A stretch of DNA of 64,000 bases from Octopus sinensis (Eukaryota), in assembly GCF_006345805.1 (NCBI RefSeq), contig NC_043001.1, forward strand, positions 22,196,001 to 22,260,000. The letters run 5' to 3'. The notes beneath the pieces were generated by a model. The model saw only the letters and a program-made list of their open reading frames with translations. It ran no database searches and was not told where the DNA came from. Shown piece by piece: positions 27,236 through 40,689 of this stretch; position 1 is the first letter of the stretch; every line of letters starts with the position of its first letter. The position numbers and the translations under genes were made by a program.

Positions 27236-27378
27236 TCATCATCATCATCGTTTAACGTCCATTTTCCATGCTGGCATGGGTTGGACGGTTTAACTGGGGG
27301 ACTCGCAAAGCAGTAGGCTGTGCTAGGCTCCAATCTGATCTGGCAATTTTCTACAGCTGGATGCCCTTCCTAACACTA
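27236..27378 (-). mobile_element. Short 3' end of the RTE-like LINE
   Basis: catcatcatcatcgtttaacgtccattttccatgctggcatgggttggacgg, same as 14810-14960. Confidence 0.88.
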
Positions 27379-28579
27379 TATATATATATAACAGATGAAG
27401 CAAGATTAAGATATCTGGAAAGGTACTTTACTGCCAACTCCCACTAAGTCTTCTTATGATAGAAAGCAGAACCTGACAATGATGATACTAAAGACAATGA
27501 TTATGAAATAATAATGGGTTCAAATTTGGCACAAGGCCAACACATTTTTTAGAGGGAGAGGATAAGATGATTATGTTGACCCCTGTGCTCAACTGCTACG
27601 TATGTTATCAACACTAAAAGGATGAAAAGACAGAGTAGACTTCGTCAGAATTTGAACTCGAAACATAATGAGTCGGGAGAAATCCACCTGAGCATTTTGT
27701 CTGATGCTATGATTTTATCTTCTCAATGTCTTTTATTATGAAATAATAACAGGCCTATTTCTCAAATGCAAACATGGCTGAATGAATAGGGAGTTAGATT
27801 CACAACCATATGGTTATGGGATAGATCCCTATATATGGTACCTCAGGGGACAATCTTCTATTAAAGTCCAAGGTTGACAAATACCTTGTGAGTAGAGTTT
27901 GGTAGACAGATTGTGTGCAAAAGCCCACCAAATGTCTGTGTCCTATGTATGCTTGACTATAGTGTCATTTAAATAAATAAAAAGTGTATCGAAAAGATAA
28001 CAGCCTTTTTATAAATAGAAATTGATAAAACAAGAAACAAATAAGTACTGAGGTCAACTAAAACTGTTAGAAGTGGTGCTCTAGCATGGTCGCAGTCAGA
28101 TGGCGGGAACTAGTGAAAAAAAAAAAGGGGGAATATTGTATCATAACTAATCTTATTTTGTCTTTTTTTTCCTCTCAGATTTTTATCTGGGACAAAGCTG
28201 AGTGTGAACATCGGAATATAAAATAAAAGCTTCAAAGGCTATCAGGAAAATCTTATCTGATAATTAGCTAATTTCATATGTTTAATACAAATAATCTTTT
28301 TCTCTTTAACTCTGATCAAATGGATTAGCTTAAGAAAACATTACAATTGTAGCATAAAAGAACAAATTGTTGACTTTACCGGGTTTTCTTGCTAGACAAA
28401 TTCAAACACTTTGCTGATGTCAAAAGCTACATTACTTTGAGAGTTCTCAAAAGCAATGAATGACCATTGATTTGAATGTAACATACAAAGTAGTGTCTAT
28501 AGTAAATTTGTCTTTACAAAAGCTACGCTATTGGTAATAGAGAAAGCAACTAAGAGAATTGATGGTTATCATTCATATG

Positions 28580-30040
28580 TTTAGAGATGTTTGATGCCAG
28601 AACAATAAATTGGTGGTTGGAAGTTCAGAGAGGTTGCCCTTCTTGGGAACAGGGCACAGGGAATCATTTCTTCAATTTCTGATACAAAACAATAAAGACA
28701 GTGGTTGAAGAATTCAGTAAGGATGGAGTCTGTCTTAAAGAGTACACTGAAGGGAAACAGCAGAATATTTGCTTTCTTGGGTTCATGCAAAGTTAACATT
28801 AAGGGGATTCCAGAAAGTGTTTTGAGATGCACAAAGTTGGAAGCAAAGTGGGCAGAAAATATGGTTTTATCTACAGAAATCCTGTTAAATGGATCAGTGT
28901 TATGAAAGTGTGACACGTTCAAAATGAACTGTCTGAATCAGTTTCTTCAACTTCCTGTATCAAATCAGCAGTGATACAAGAATGTGCAGGGAAGCCAAGA
29001 GAAATTGTGTGCAATAAGATCAAAGAATATGGTTTTAGAGAGAGAGAGATGAAGGGAGATAGTTCTTCTCAACGCAGAATGAAACAATTGTTAATTGCAG
29101 AAATTTGGCATGCTAAAGAAAAAAAAAAGATAAATTTAAAAAGGAGTTGTATAAAGGATTTGAACCCCCAAGTAATAGAAAATCTTTGTAGGTTATGTTT
29201 AGGTGAATAAAGTGGAATTTCATGTGGGTACAAACACCATATTTGGGAAACCATGCTAGCAGTGATGGATTAGAAATAATGAATAAAAGAGTATTTTTTA
29301 ATGATGTATAGCAGGTATGTTCTGCACAAATGGTGATCACAGGTGAACCAAAGTCCACAGAAATTGGAGCAGAGGAAGAAGAATTACCAGTAAATTGGTT
29401 CTCATTTCCTGTATATTTTGATATGATTTTATGGAGGAAAATGCTGGCTCTTAACAGAGAAGAGAAAGGAAAAACACCAACGATCCCATATCAATTTACA
29501 TGTCTGTAGCCAGCCGGAAGTCAAAGAAACTGCAGGTGGCCTTTAGGAACTCTGTGCCAGAAATATGCTAGTAATGAAGTAAGAGAAAACTGAATAAGGG
29601 ATTATAATCCAGATGGTATTGCAGCTTCCCAACACATTACCCATGAGTTTTGGTTTCAGTACCATTGAATAGGAGACTGCTTCCAGGAAACTTTTTTCCT
29701 CTAGTAATTTCTGGATGTGTACTTTCTCACAGGAGAGAGAGTGCAACAAAGCAAGATGGTTCAATACTCAAACATCAAAAGGTGATCTTAAAATAAGCAG
29801 GAGATGAGGCTTATTCCAAAAATGTGTGACAAGGTGTCTATACTGGCTCTAGCATGAGGGGGTCTTAGAAGACAAAGTTATCTTTGCCATGAACAAATAC
29901 TATTTTCAAATAATAAAGTTCTTGTACAGAAATCTCTCACTATAATGGTTGATGCATAGGAAAACAAGAAAAAGTTTGTTACTATAAGAGAGATAGCTCT
30001 GCTTATTCTAGATCAGCCATCAAAAAATCTTTTCGAATGG
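28580..30040 (+). mobile_element. Highly decayed L1/Tx1-like ORF2 relic
   Basis: Ordered motif remnants NPDGI...EFW, LIPK, HEQ..F and LLILD...LFE, with many stops and frameshifts. Confidence 0.35.
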
Positions 30041-30059
30041 AAGCAGTTGAAATAACTTC

Positions 30060-30420
30060 AAATGTTTTGAGTTCAGCCACCCTGCACAGCACCTTGGGCA
30101 AGTAAGTTCTACTATAGCACCAAGTCAACCAAAGAGTGGATTTCGTAGGTGGAAACTGAAAGATGCCCATCGTTTATTATATATATATATATATATATAT
30201 ATCTCGTTGTCTTGACATCATGTGATAGTTATAAGCGGTTCACTTTATATAAGTGGTGTCATTCATTTCCAGTCTTCCATAAAAGGAGTTCAATGAAGGG
30301 GAAACATTACTTTGCTAGGAAACAGGTGAGAGTTGACGGGAATGGTATCCGGTTGTAGAAAACCTACCCTAAGGAATTCCGTCTGACTCATGCAAACATA
30401 AGAAATTGGACGTTAACATA
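30060..30420 (+). mobile_element. Chimeric SINE: S1-type head plus RTE-like LINE tail
   Basis: gcaccttgggcaag...ggaaactgaaagatgcccatcg head; tail ggtatccggttgtagaaa...tggacgttaa. Confidence 0.65.
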
Positions 30421-33400
30421 TGTGGTAATCAATTTCACTATTAAATTATGTTTACAACCCTACCACCTGAGCCAATTTATGTTTTGGTATATATTGGTTT
30501 AAGGAAGAAAATTCACGCGGTTTTCCCCCAATTATATATAGACTTCAACTTCATTTTATTTTCTATCTCAGGTAACAACTATGATTACTTTTGCATGCTC
30601 AGTTTTCAGGAGAGAGCGTGATGAATTCGTTAATTGTCCTTTCTATTGCTGCAATCAATTCAAACAGTTTTCAAACACTATTCCAACATCGAATATTTGA
30701 CAATGAGTTTAATAAACCTTACGTGTGTGTGAATATGTCAATGACGATCAAGTTGTGATGACAAAACGATATATGGATCACGAGGTCTGTACAATTATCA
30801 GCTGTAATTCAAGATGGCCTACCTCTCTGAACGACAGGTAATGGACCAAAGTTTCCGAGAATATTAACTATACAATTTTTATATCGTTATTGAACGATCT
30901 CGCATTACAAACTAATGCTTTATGCAATAAAACTGTAAAACTGAATAACCATCGAACACAGTTTCTTGTTTTTGTATTGGGACACAGAAAGATTTACAGT
31001 TTAAAACTTGATTTAAATAGTTCTAGAGTCTTGAAGACACGACTTCACATTTTGTCTTCAGAAAATCAAGCTTACAAGGTTCAAGATTCTCAGAGTTTTG
31101 CCTGATTATCACTCAAAGGTGTGACGCCTGAACTTCTTTCCAACTGGAGATTCGATACCCCTTTTCCCATTCACAGATGATTATACATAAAATTTAAAGA
31201 CCTTGATTAATTGAAATAAAGTTACCGTTAAATTAAATCGAATTAGCAACCAATTGATCTGGAAATTTTTATCTGATCAAAAACAAACCAATTAACTATA
31301 TTTAATACCTAATTAAGCCATTTCATCAATGCCAGCAATAAGGACAATTGTATTTTAAAATATAAATTTACAAATAATGAAATCAAATGATTTTTTTGAT
31401 ATTTATTAGGATTACGATACATTGTAACAAAATGCTACAAGATAAAATTATAAACATTAATGCAACAACAACAAAAAATATCTTGAATTGATGTCAAAAA
31501 ATTCCTGTAGAAAAATTAAGCTAATTGAAGATCATTAGTTTTTTTTTTTTTTTTTTTTAGCTTGTTTTGCTTGCCACTCCCATCCTACTGGACAGGCTAT
31601 GGGAGATGTCTTTCTTCTTTGACACCAAATTAAAGAAAAAAAATAAATGTCGATTTGTTGACAAAAAAAAAAGAAGGATTTTACAGTTGAATGCTTTGAA
31701 AGTGAAGCCAACTATGATTTTCCCAACTGAATACCTATAAGTATTTGACAAATACTGAACTGACAAACACGTTTGAACCAAAGGGAGAAAAAATAAGATT
31801 TAGTAATATATGTGAGTAGTGATGTAACTAATAGTATATTTCTGATAGTAGCAAGACTGAATAAAAAGATAAAAGGAAATTTTTTGAAATTCGAAAAGTA
31901 TCATTCCAAAACACCCTATCTAAAACCACTAATTAAAAATGTATCTAATTGTTTGACAAAGGAAAAATGTTTTGGGTGTATTTGTAAATGAAATTAAATA
32001 CTTTACTTTCATTTCTCAATAAAGAATTTATTAAAATAGTTCAACTTGTAATATCAACCAATGATTATAATAAATCACCTTGTATTTCCTTAATTCTAGC
32101 GAGGAGTAAAATAGTAATTGTTTTTAATTGCCTAATTGCTTGGGGTTTTAGAGAAGAGCTGAAGTGTATACGGCAAAATGTGGCGAGAAAATTTAGGATC
32201 GACGGGATAGTGAGAAAAGATGCGACTTCAAGGAGATCGATAATGAAAAGAGAGTGGGAAATAAAAGCCGCAAACTGAAAGAACTGAAGATACAGCTAAT
32301 TGAGATAAGCGAAGAGAAAAGGAATTATTGAGACGAGGGAAGTTAAGATGAAGTCAACAGAAAAGAAAGAAAAAAACAGCTGGAGATAAAGAATGAAAAT
32401 AAAAAGTTAAAAAGAAGCGACATTAAGTCAGAGTAGACGAGAAATAAAAAAAAAAAGAGTTATGAGAAATAATAAAAGAAAAGAAAGTATTCGAAGATGA
32501 ACGGAAAATGAATAGCTGCCAATGTTCCTCGGATTGGCAGATTGAACCCATTCCATTGCACCTTCTCTGCTACTAATTATCTTTGAGAAAACCATTAGCA
32601 ACATAACTTTCTATTTAATACCACTATATGACACAGGACATTGTGCCCTCATATTATAAATGATATTGAAGTCAGGAAGACTATCACAGAGAGCCTTCGA
32701 AGATGAATGAGTAAGAACACAGTTGTGAGAAGTTCCGATAGAAATGAAGTTATAATTTACCATTCGGAAGAATATACTTGAAACACTGGATCTGATTCAT
32801 TGAAGGCTTATTTTGTAACTAAAATCATAGCTTTTCTTTTATTTATCAACAGCAATTATTTCCTAATTCATTTTTTTAAAAAACAAGGAACCTTTATTGA
32901 GCAAAAAAGAAAAAACAAGATACTACATATCTAACCATCGTAAATCAGAATAGAACACGGAATGAAATTAGCAAATTATGAATTTCATAAATAAAATAAT
33001 CTTGTGTTTAAACATGGAGGTTCAGATAAGAAATTGTCAAAGATCACTTGGAACATTTGAATACAGATAAATGTCAGGATTTTCTTACAAAAGACAATAA
33101 TCGTTTAAATTAGAAAGAGCAAGCAACTGGAACAAGCTTTCATGCTAAGTGGAAACAGTAGAGTATAGTGCCGTTCACCGTCTATTAATTTACTAGTTCG
33201 ATACTAGCTAGAGTAGTTCATTGTTACAAGCAGCTAATTAAATGTAGAATGAAACAACCCGTGAGTTTTCATGCATTTTACAGCAAACCCTCCATTAAAA
33301 TGAGATAATGAAAACGTAAAAATAGACGGTGGGTGTTCGCATCTTAAAAATTAAATTCTGAACAAAAGGATCTTTTTTTTCCGCCACCAGATGTGACACT

Positions 33401-34172
33401 ATCAATGAAAGAGAAAGAAAGAGGGGTAATTAATGCAACAACTAGGGATAAGCGATTTTAAAAAGCAAGCGGATATTTCATACAAATATACTTTTAATTC
33501 GCCCTCAATTTTCAACTGAATTTACACGAACACGAAAATAACTCGGTAAAATTTTAACCCATCGATTTTAATTGCTTCTAGTGTTCCATTTTATTCGCCA
33601 TATAGACATACATACATGCTATGGATTTCGATTTTAAGGCGGGGCACTGATTCATGATTGAATTACCCACAATAAATAAATATAAAAATACCTAAATATT
33701 TCGTTAAGGAAAGGCAAACAGATCAGTTCAAATGGTTATTCATAACGAAAATATATTTATAAGTGACACTTGCATTCCAGTTACTAACAGTTTTGTACGA
33801 TGACACGCACTATAGGGTTGTTTTGCACATCAAGTTCTTGGGTGAATTTTTCTAAAACTACACCAGCGGCCCGACAAATTTTATATTAAATGCTGAAATA
33901 TCAGTATTACAATAATAAAATAAAAATCAGGTATTTTTTGTTCTAAAATCAGACAAAGATATTTAATATTTCTTAGTGAAGATTGATATTAAACATGTTC
34001 TATCGTTTATCTCCGATCGGAGTAAAAATGAAATAGATTTCAAATGAACGTAAAACATTTAAAATATACAACTGAGAGAAAAAAAAGATTTTTTAATTGT
34101 TTATGTAATGGGAAACTGATTGTAACATTTAAAGCAATCTGGAAAACAACGCTTTTCGCACAAGCAGAATAA

Positions 34173-34204
<32 letters not shown>

Positions 34205-35859
34205 TATATATATATTATATATATATATAGTGTGTGTGATAATGTATGTATTTGCATGAACATGCAAGCCTATATATATATATGTGTGTATATATATAGT
34301 GAGTGCTAATGTATTTGCACAAACATGCAAGTCTCCACACACATATATAAGCATATGTGCATGTTAAATTAACCGAGAGCGAAAATGAATAAGTAATAAA
34401 TAGAAAATTAATAAAGCTAAAGAAACCAACTGTCACAGGCAGAACAAAGAGGCTTCACTTTTATTTTATATCATTTCGTATTGTTAGTTAATCACGCACT
34501 TATCTTGAACATATCGTTGATAACATGACTCCATTGTACCAATTCCTTTCATTGACAAATAGATTTCATTTGACAGAGGTTTCGATTTAATTTTTTTGAG
34601 AATCACTCTTTCAATCTTTATTAGTAATATTCCTTTTAAATTATCTGCTTGGAAAACAAGCGCATTTAATCTATTTACGATAAGTGTTTATATATACAGG
34701 ATTAATTATAGGTTTAAGTTAGATTTTCAGGATGATCGATTTCGTATTAAATATCTGTGAATGTAAGAGAAAAATGTTTCCTAATTTTTAATAAATCAAA
34801 ACACTTACCCAAAATAAAAAGGTGAAACATAACACACACAATTTGAGACAGAACGATTTTCCTTCAAAACCCATTTTGGTAAACAATCCGTATATAAAGG
34901 TGAAAGAAAAATATTTAAAGCTATTTCACATTTTTCATGGAAAGAGCCTTTAGAAAGTGGTCTACCACACACGGAAGAAAGCTAGGTAGGGGAGAAGTAG
35001 TGAAGAAAGTGGAGAAAACGGGTGCAGTCGTCAGTTTGTAAGAAGTCAGTTTGAGCGTGTCAGGAAAGTAGTAGTAATTCTGGATGTAGTAGCTGCTGCT
35101 GCAACGGCGGCTAAAAGATTGTAGTAGTCAGCAGGCAAGCGCGACACAATGATAGAAACTTAATAGTTGAACGCGAGGAAAACTGAATGAGTGCATGTTC
35201 ATTAAAGCTATTAGATGCTTCAAGTGTTAACTATTATCAAGTATGGGTGGACATACAAATCATTTAATTATTAAGATTTTTTCAAACCCATCTTTCATGT
35301 AAGTTGTGGTTATTCAAATGTTTCGTTAAACCTTATTGGTGCTACTAGTATGAAAAGTACTTTTTATCTAAATAAGCTGTTCTCCGTAATTTCACGAAAT
35401 TAAGGCTAACTAATTAGTTTCTAAGATACCATAAGTGATATATTTACAAAACCAATTATTACATCATTTTATTTTTTCTTCTCTTTATTTTATCGAAACG
35501 TTTAATAGATCCACCAAGGAAAATCAAGGGTAGTCAAATAACTTTATTCATCCCTGATTTCCTTATCGTCTTTCGGTTCGATCCCACCGCGAGGCACCAT
35601 GAGTAGGTGTTTTCAGGTCGACCAATATCTTGTGAGCGGAATTTGCTAAACGGAAACTGAAAGCTGGTTGGTGGGATCGTTCCTGTTCTTGGGTGGTGGA
35701 CATATCTGAGGATAGCTTCCCCTATCAGTCTCAGAGACCCTGAAGGGATACATAGGTATTTCCTTTTCTCTCTTGACCAGACCATTAAAAATTCTAACCT
35801 TTTAGTCTATGATAACCAGCAGGGTAACACTTATTAACCCTTTCAAAACCTTAATATCA

Positions 35860-36170
35860 AAGAAATCCTAAATTCTCCGACGCTGTCAATATCACAGCAA
35901 TTATCGATAGTATCAGATGATCAGATAGATGTACAAGGAGTTGCATGATGACAATAACATCTAAGATTGGTTCAATTTCATTTTGTTCCAATGTGAACTG
36001 AATTTTCTGATAAATATCAATACCTAAGTAACTAATAGAGAACCACCTGGTCGTTTGGATAACAAATTCTAAACAAATATAGTCAGAAAACCTTATTTTA
36101 ATTTGTATGTTAGATAGAAGACATTTACTATTCTTAAAATCATGAATGATAAATTTCCATCTCACTTCTG
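35860..36170 (-). mobile_element. Possible decayed LINE endonuclease C-terminal relic
   Basis: ORF 35857-36165 contains LSDHLIL, like the APE SDH motif; weak. Confidence 0.25.
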
Positions 36171-36747
36171 CATGTATATGTTAAAAAAAAAAAACAGTAG
36201 AAGCGGAATGAGGTAGTTTAGTCACGACAAGATTTTATTAAACGTGCATATTAAGAGTGATTAGTAATAATGATACGGATGAAAGTGTCGCATTCTCATG
36301 AGGTTTATGGAACAAAACAGATCGCAGGATTTTACCAAGGGAGGACTGAACGAGGACGAAATACTGGGGTGCCCAGATATTCATTAAGTGGCTGTCTGCT
36401 TCATTACCCGGTTGAGTCACGCTATTTTAACAGACATATACTTATTGATATTGTTGTTACATAATTGTGTAATATATCTTGGGGGAAGTATGTTTCACTA
36501 TAGCCTCGGGTTGAGTAATTCTCTGTAAAATTGGCAGACGGAAGCTGGTCGTCTGCAAGCATGTGTGCGTGCGTGTCTCTGTGTGATTTTGTTTATATGT
36601 TCCGCAATTTAGCAGTTCGGTAAATTGAAAACGATAAGTGTCAGACTTGAAAATAAGTAGTCAGGTCGATATAAATGACTAAACCGCTTCCAAGTGGTGC
36701 ACTAGCATGGCCGCAATCCAAGAACTGAAGTGTGTATGTATGTGTAT

Positions 36748-36816
<69 letters not shown>

Positions 36817-36880
36817 TAGATAGATAGGTAGATAGATAGATATAGATAGATAGATAGATTGAGATAGATAGATAGATATA
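36748..36880. repeat. (GATA)n microsatellite
   Basis: Direct inspection; follows a diverged S1 SINE (about 36490-36740). Confidence 0.95.
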
Positions 36881-37123
36881 ATCAAATGAATAACAGACGA
36901 TGGGTAATTATCAGCTCATTACAGCTGTTTCTCACGCGTGTTTTTAATTAGACGAATGAGAACATTACTCCATTACAAAAAAAAAACCGTAATCATGAGA
37001 TGAAACGTTATTTTACAAGCAAAAGAATATCCCAAGAATACAGCAGGGACGTGGCTGAAGTCTACCGAGGCCAACTGTAATGAGCTGACAATTATGCATC
37101 GTCTGTTATTATTCATTTGACTA
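36879..37123. mobile_element. MITE with about 45-bp TIRs
   Basis: TCAAATGAATAACAGACGATG...CAGCTCATTACAG / CTGTAATGAGCTG...CATCGTCTGTTATTATTCATTTGA; TA-rich flanks. Confidence 0.8.
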
Positions 37124-37161
37124 TAATATACCAAGGGGATTAACTTGTCGGACCCCTAGAG

Positions 37162-37851
37162 CAGTGGTTGCCAACCTTTTCACTACCAAGGACCCCCTTT
37201 TATTTGTAAACGACCGTGCGAAGGAGAGGTGACGAGAATGGCTCCTTTAGTAAATCGCACGGTCGATTAGAAATAAATACGGAAAAGGATAAATAAGAAT
37301 AAGTGCCAGAAGGAAAAGAGAGACACAACCGGGTAGAATGTTTAAGGCGGCGAGCTGGCAGAATCGTTAGCACGCCGGGCGAAATGCTTAGTGGTATTTC
37401 GTCTGCCGTTACGTTCTGGGTTCAAATTCCGCCAAGGTCGACTTTGCCTTTCATCCTTTCGGGGTCGATTAAATAAGTACCAGTTACACACTGGGGTCGA
37501 TATAATCGACTTAGTCCGTTTGTCTGTCCTTGTGTATCCTCTCTGTGTTTAGCCCCTTGTGGGCAGTAAAGAAATAGGTAGAATGTTTAAGAGAAAGATT
37601 TTATTTATAGGTTAACGTGTGTGTCTGTGTATGCGTCATATATACATCAGAGTGGTGGACTCAACAGAATGCAAAAGGGCGGCCGAAGGCTATACTACGT
37701 CCGTACTTATGTATATATGAGAGAGAGAGAGAATTTTCCCTTAAGCGTCCGCTACATATTTAAATGAGCTTTCCCACGATAAGGTCTGTCAGCTTAACAT
37801 GTTTACGGACTCCCAGTCCTACCTTTGTGGACCACTGGTTGGGAACCACTG
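37162..37851. mobile_element. hAT-type MITE with nested SINE
   Basis: TIR CAGTGGTTGCCAACC / GGTTGGGAACCACTG; 8-bp TSD CCCTAGAG (37154-61, 37852-59). Confidence 0.93.
37347..37576 (+). mobile_element. tRNA-derived SINE family S2, full length
   Basis: ggcggcgagctggcagaatcgttag...gggttcaaattcc...aaagaaatag; 15-bp TSD GGTAGAATGTTTAAG (37332-46, 37577-91). Confidence 0.95.
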
Positions 37852-38057
37852 CCCTAGAGTATACCAGCAACGTACAATTCAACGTAACGTGTACTTTGGA
37901 CCAACCTCCAGGCGCTAAATGCTCATAGGGTTGGTTTTCTCTGAAGTACATAACCGGAACAGCCTATTTGATACTTACCAACCATAGGCCGGAACTACAG
38001 GTTTATCAAACCCTACCTGGTACATATCTTTTCCAGTACTTGATTCTATCTGAATCC

Positions 38058-38860
38058 ATATTTTACTATATTACTAAGAGCCGCCTCTAATATGTGGCAC
38101 TTGGTGAAGAATGGAGTTTGATATAGCTACCCTCATTTGCACCTCTTGCCGTGAGGTTGGTTCATCTGGGACTCTCGACATGAAGAGGTCCAGCTTTGAA
38201 TTAAAAACCCCTACATCTACTTTGTGCAAGTTCCTCAGACTCTTTGGGAGAATATTCAAAAACTGTGGGCCCTTGAAACCCAGGCTGTTGCAGTAATTGG
38301 TCCTGAAGTCGTGATGGCGTTGCTGGGATCTTTGGCACTATGCAGTGTCGTCCCGTTCTGGCATTGGTGTAGCTTTCAATGCCAAAATTTGGCACAATTC
38401 CTTCCAGGATCTTCCAGATATATATTACTGCATACCTCTCCAGTATTCTCTCCAGGGAGTAGAGTCATAGCAGTTTCAACCTTTTCCCATTAGCTGAGCT
38501 GTTGCAAAGAGACGATCTTCTTTGTGAATCGTCTCTGGATTGCTTCAAGGTCCGCTGTTTATTTCACACTGATGGGTGACCATAGCTGTGAGCAGTAATC
38601 CAGGCGGCTGAGAACGAATGTCCACCAGAGGACCATCATGGTTTCCTTATCTCTGATTCTGAATGTTCTTAGGATCCATCCAGTCAGTCGTCTGCACTTT
38701 GTCGCCATCCTGGAAATGTGCACTTGGAAAGAGCTATCATCACTCATGTCGATACCCAGGTCCCTCACTGATTTAGGCTCTGGGATTGAAATTCCCTGTG
38801 GACCGGTGTACCCTGTAAGTTTCATATTCAGTTTTGGATGCTGGTAGCGCAGGGCTTGGA
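38058..38860 (-). mobile_element. 5'-truncated CR1/L2-group LINE
   Basis: SVRDLGIDMSDDSSFQVHI...GWILRTFRIRD...LSRLDYCSQLWSP and later FSLxVDxxxFxSKLDxFxSRVPDEP-type C-terminus. Confidence 0.85.
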
Positions 38861-38943
38861 ATTTTTCAGCATATGTATATATATATAACAAGCAAAATAG
38901 CTAGTCGTAAAATCTCAAGACGATATCAGAGTAGTAACTATAC

Positions 38944-39492
38944 AAGTGGTTCTCAAACTGGGGGCCGTGAATCAATTTTAGGGACACCGCGAAGGGACAC
39001 TGAAGTATCGTGAAAACGGGGTGGCTTGAGACAATTAAGTTTTGAAATTTCAAGACTTTCAATTTTTACGCATGCTATCATCCTTTTCGTCGTCGGCCTC
39101 AAAACCCCACGTCACTTCTACACGCTCATTTACTGATCACACTTGTACAAGTATGATTGACCGATGGAAAATATGTGGGTATAACGGCTGATCGTGCATG
39201 CACTGTCCGTATTTTTCGTTTCAAATTTATTTTGTAACCAATTAATCAACCGATTCCCCATATTTTCATGTGCATTTATTGTATCCTAACGGGGAATTGC
39301 TTGGATTAAGTTGGGATTTTCGGGGTTGTGGGTCTATAGGCAGTGCGGTTTATAGTCCGGAAATTACGGTACACGAACGTGTGTCATTTTTTTCTATGTT
39401 GATTATCCCGCATTTTATAGGGGACCGCGAATCATCGAAAAAACTATAAGGGGACCGGCACGAAAAGTTTTTGGAAAGTTTGAGAACTGCTG
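38944..39492. mobile_element. hAT-type MITE
   Basis: (a)AGTGGTTCTCAAACT / AGTTTGAGAACTGCTG; 8-bp TSD AACTATAC (38936-43, 39493-500). Confidence 0.88.
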
Positions 39493-39570
39493 AACTATAC
39501 TAACTAACAAGTGGCTGTTTCATTAACCCTAAGCAGATAGGCTGCCACCTGGTTATCGGTGTGACACTGC

Positions 39571-39690
<120 letters not shown>

Positions 39691-39781
39691 AGTGAATCCC
39701 AAAATGAACAGAGAAAACACAAGGCGAGGACGTGGAATAAGTATAGTGTTATTGGACGCTCAGGAAAGCAAAGAAAGAAGG

Positions 39782-39816
39782 ATTTAACGTTTCGAGCGGA
39801 GCTCTTCGTCAGAAAC
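39782..39816 (-). ncRNA. Minimal type I hammerhead motif
   Basis: Minus strand reads GUUU-CUGACGA-A-GAGC-UCC-GCUC-GAAAC-GUU|AAAU; palindromic ACGU stem III; stem I only 3-4 bp. Confidence 0.65.
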
Positions 39817-39919
39817 ATAGAAAAGGGAAAGGCCCAAGGAAGGGAAGACGGAGAAAGAAAATCGCCAACGTGCCAGCAGGGGGAGCGAACCCCTACCATT
39901 CTCTAGCAGACACAGGATC

Positions 39920-39964
39920 GCGAGACTGACTCAGTTTCGAGCTTCTAGGCTTGTCCTCAGTCGC
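39920..39964 (-). ncRNA. Type I hammerhead motif with one stem II mismatch
   Basis: Minus strand reads GCGA-CUGAGGA-C-AAGC-CUAGAA-GCUC-GAAACUGAGUCAGUC|UCGC; stem I GCGA/UCGC; stem III ACUGA-G-UCAGU; GUC site. Confidence 0.7.
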
Positions 39965-40088
39965 TAGTATCTGGCCGCCAGAGCGTTAGCCAGCATTCAA
40001 GAATTAACTTCTAAGATTTTCAGTGTAACATGATATCAGGTGTAAAAACCAATTAAGAAAAGAAAAAAGAAACAAACTCTCTCTCTCT

Positions 40089-40144
<56 letters not shown>

Positions 40145-40146
40145 CA

Positions 40147-40639
<493 letters not shown>

Positions 40640-40689
40640 GCTTAAGCTAACAATTATATATGGCAGTCACAGCTGGCCGAATCCCTTTG

